Origin: an uncultured Planctomycetaceae bacterium
GTDB lineage: Bacteria; Planctomycetota; Planctomycetia; Planctomycetales; Planctomycetaceae
Direction: 5' to 3'
Assembly (NCBI GenBank): GCA_963976765.1
Contig: CAXBME010000019.1
Coordinates: forward strand, 1 to 64,000
DNA length: 64,000 bases
Part shown: piece after piece, positions 61,932 through 64,000 of the stretch
Position numbering within the stretch: the first letter of the stretch is position 1
Layout: each line of letters starts with the position of its first letter
Notes under the pieces: model-generated
Told to the model about the DNA's origin: nothing
Seen by the model: only the letters and a program-made list of their open reading frames with translations
Databases searched by the model: none
Made by a program: the position numbers and the translations under genes

Positions 61932-63308
61932 GTGTGTGTGATTGTGAGCTTATCGTGGTTCGCCAATAGTTGCTTGCCGCGAAGCCGGCGACTTCGGAAG
62001 TATCTCGCGTGTGTCCTGGCATTAGTATGTTTAGCGGCTGCTTTTGGACGCGGAATGCTGGTCAGTTTTGTGGCAGCCAGAGCCAGAGCATCAATGCAAC
62101 GGGCGGACTACCGGTCTGCTGAGACATGGTTCCAGGTTGCTGATCTTATTGCCCCTTCAGACGCCAGTATTGCGTTTGGGGAAGCTCGATTAAATCGGCA
62201 TCTTGGCCATCACGAATTGTTTGCCGAGTGGCTCAAAGAATCGCAATTGCGAGGATTTCCGGATAGTCGGCTTGCTCTGGAGCAAACTCTGCATCGCGCG
62301 ATGGCGGGCAAACTAAAGGAACTTGACCAGCAACTGCCTTCGCTCCTTATTCAGGGGACGGACGCTGATGAAATCTGTGAGGCTTACGTGCTTGGCTGCT
62401 TAATGGCGTACCGGCTTGCTGATGCCGAAGCGGTTCTTCAGGTCTGGTTGTCTGATTTTCCTGACGCATCGAAAGCTCGGTTTCTGTACGGCAGATTGCT
62501 GGAGCATCGGGAAAATCTGAATTCTGCTGCAGAGCAGTACACGATCGCTTCAGATCTGGATCATGGCCCATCCGCCTATGCGCTGGCGGGGGTGCTGGCT
62601 GAGCAACACAAACTGGAGTCTGCCATTGTTCAGGCCACACGTGCACGCGATTTGCTTTATGACCCGCAGCCTGGAAATGTCCTGCTGGCAAGGCTTTTTC
62701 GGATGAGTGGCGATCTTGATTCCGCTGAGAAGCATCTGTCTCAGGCAACCAGATCGAGTCCTGATGCTGCCGCTGTAGCATGGCGAGTCGCTGGGGTGGC
62801 CGGCAGCGACGCGGTCAGTGAGATCGACAGTGAGCGTGGGGAAATTCAGCTGGCGAGAGAAAACTATGCCGAAGCAGAGGCATCTTTTCGACTGGCCGTG
62901 CGAAAAAGCCCTCAAAGATGGCGGTTACGAAACGGACTTGCGACAGCATTGCGGCTGCAGGGAAATCTGGACGAAGCGTCTGAGCATCTGGCGAGTTTCC
63001 GCGCGGCAACCCAGGCGCTCAATGAGTGTGGAAGTCTGATCGACAGATTACGAACCGAGCCTGATGACGTGGAAGCTCGATTTCGTGTTGCGGAGACTTT
63101 GCTCAATCATGTCTCAGAGGATCAGGGGCTTGTCTGGCTGGAGAGTGTGCTTCAATATGATCCCGGTCACCAGGAGGCTCACCGTGTTCTTTTTGAATAT
63201 TACCGCGACCATGCTGCCATGAATTCATCTTTCTCGCGATTGGCCAAACATCATGAACAACAACTTTATGGCCAGCCGTCGCTCAGGAAACAGATGCCCG
63301 AGGGCTGA
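61932..63308 (+). CDS. Tetratricopeptide-repeat protein with N-terminal anchor
   Basis: Multiple TPR-like helical pairs (e.g. YAEAEASFRLAVRKSP, WLESVLQYDPGHQEAH). Confidence 0.8.
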   Translation: MCVIVSLSWFANSCLPRSRRLRKYLACVLALVCLAAAFGRGMLVSFVAARARASMQRADYRSAETWFQVADLIAPSDASIAFGEARLNRHLGHHELFAEWLKESQLRGFPDSRLALEQTLHRAMAGKLKELDQQLPSLLIQGTDADEICEAYVLGCLMAYRLADAEAVLQVWLSDFPDASKARFLYGRLLEHRENLNSAAEQYTIASDLDHGPSAYALAGVLAEQHKLESAIVQATRARDLLYDPQPGNVLLARLFRMSGDLDSAEKHLSQATRSSPDAAAVAWRVAGVAGSDAVSEIDSERGEIQLARENYAEAEASFRLAVRKSPQRWRLRNGLATALRLQGNLDEASEHLASFRAATQALNECGSLIDRLRTEPDDVEARFRVAETLLNHVSEDQGLVWLESVLQYDPGHQEAHRVLFEYYRDHAAMNSSFSRLAKHHEQQLYGQPSLRKQMPEG

Positions 63309-63324
63309 CAGGCTTTCCTGTGAA

Positions 63325-64000
63325 ATGCCACCGTTACGGTATTACGGAATATTCCAGCCGATTCGTTTTGTGGTCGTTCTGTCGGCGATTTTCGTGAATG
63401 CTTCGGGATGCGATCGCGATGACGTCTCGCCGCTGTCGTTCGATTCTTTGGCCGATCAGGATTCGTCCATCTCATCAATTTCCTTTCGCGAGATCACTGC
63501 CGAGACGGGAATCGACGCTTTCTATCAAAACGGCGAAGAGTCGAAGTTTCGCGGTATCGTTGAGTCACTTGGCGGAGGCGTGGCGGTTTTTGACTTTGAC
63601 CGGGACGGCCTGCTGGATTTGTACTTTCCGCAGGGTGGTCAACTGGACGGCGAACGTCGTCCGAATGGTCGCGCGGGCGAGCTTTATCAGCAGGTCCTGT
63701 TTCCTGAATTTCGAGTAACAACTCGTTTTTCGAAGTTGGACGAACCCGGTCACTATTCACACGGCGTTGCTGCGTCGGACTACGATCAGGATGGGTTTAT
63801 CGATCTTCTGGTTACAGGCTACGGAGGATTGACTCTGTTTCGCAACGCGGGAGACGGCACGTTCGAGTCGGAAACTGACGGTGCAGAGTTGAACGATCAA
63901 CATTGGAGTTCCAGTGCCGCCTGGGGGGATGTTTCTGGGGACGGTTTCCCTGATCTCTACGTCGCTCATTACGTCGATTGGTCGCCATCGAACCATCCGA
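63325..64000 (+). CDS. CRTAC1/ASPIC-UnbV family FG-GAP lipoprotein (runs off the window end)
   Basis: Hand translation from ATG 63325: lipobox ASGC, FREITAETGI, ESLGGGVAVFDFDRDGLLDLYF, DYDQDGFIDLLVTGY and WGDVSGDGFPDLYVAHYVDW. Confidence 0.85.
   Translation, partial: MPPLRYYGIFQPIRFVVVLSAIFVNASGCDRDDVSPLSFDSLADQDSSISSISFREITAETGIDAFYQNGEESKFRGIVESLGGGVAVFDFDRDGLLDLYFPQGGQLDGERRPNGRAGELYQQVLFPEFRVTTRFSKLDEPGHYSHGVAASDYDQDGFIDLLVTGYGGLTLFRNAGDGTFESETDGAELNDQHWSSSAAWGDVSGDGFPDLYVAHYVDWSPSNHP

Overview
This is a gene-dense 64 kb chromosomal window from a Planctomycetota bacterium, probably Planctomycetaceae. The assignment is inferred from two PVC-type heme-binding CxxCH proteins, DUF1573, CRTAC1/TPR genes, a planctomycete-type export motif and a mitochondrial-like EF-G1. 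About 40 CDSs are supported. They include housekeeping genes (tsaC/sua5, mtaB, tmk, fusA, mraZ), a TAXI-TRAP transporter and an arsenic-resistance cluster (arsR, acr3, arsC, arsI) bordered by a decayed ISAs1-like fragment. There is also a XylR-oxidoreductase-cytochrome locus, a Ser/Thr kinase divergent from a ~2270 aa FHA/coiled-coil membrane protein, and a hybrid kinase paired with a REC-anti-sigma protein. No rRNA, tRNA or CRISPR array was seen. The most striking unexplained signal is a ~510 nt non-coding region (50414-50923) directly behind an orphan mraZ that carries four 10-bp-phased GTGG boxes. This region has ~19 GGA motifs (11 ANGGA), many in short hairpin loops, and ends in an intrinsic terminator. 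That is the architecture of CsrB/RsmZ-type CsrA-sponge RNAs, best known from Gammaproteobacteria. All calls are by eye; no searches or folding were run.
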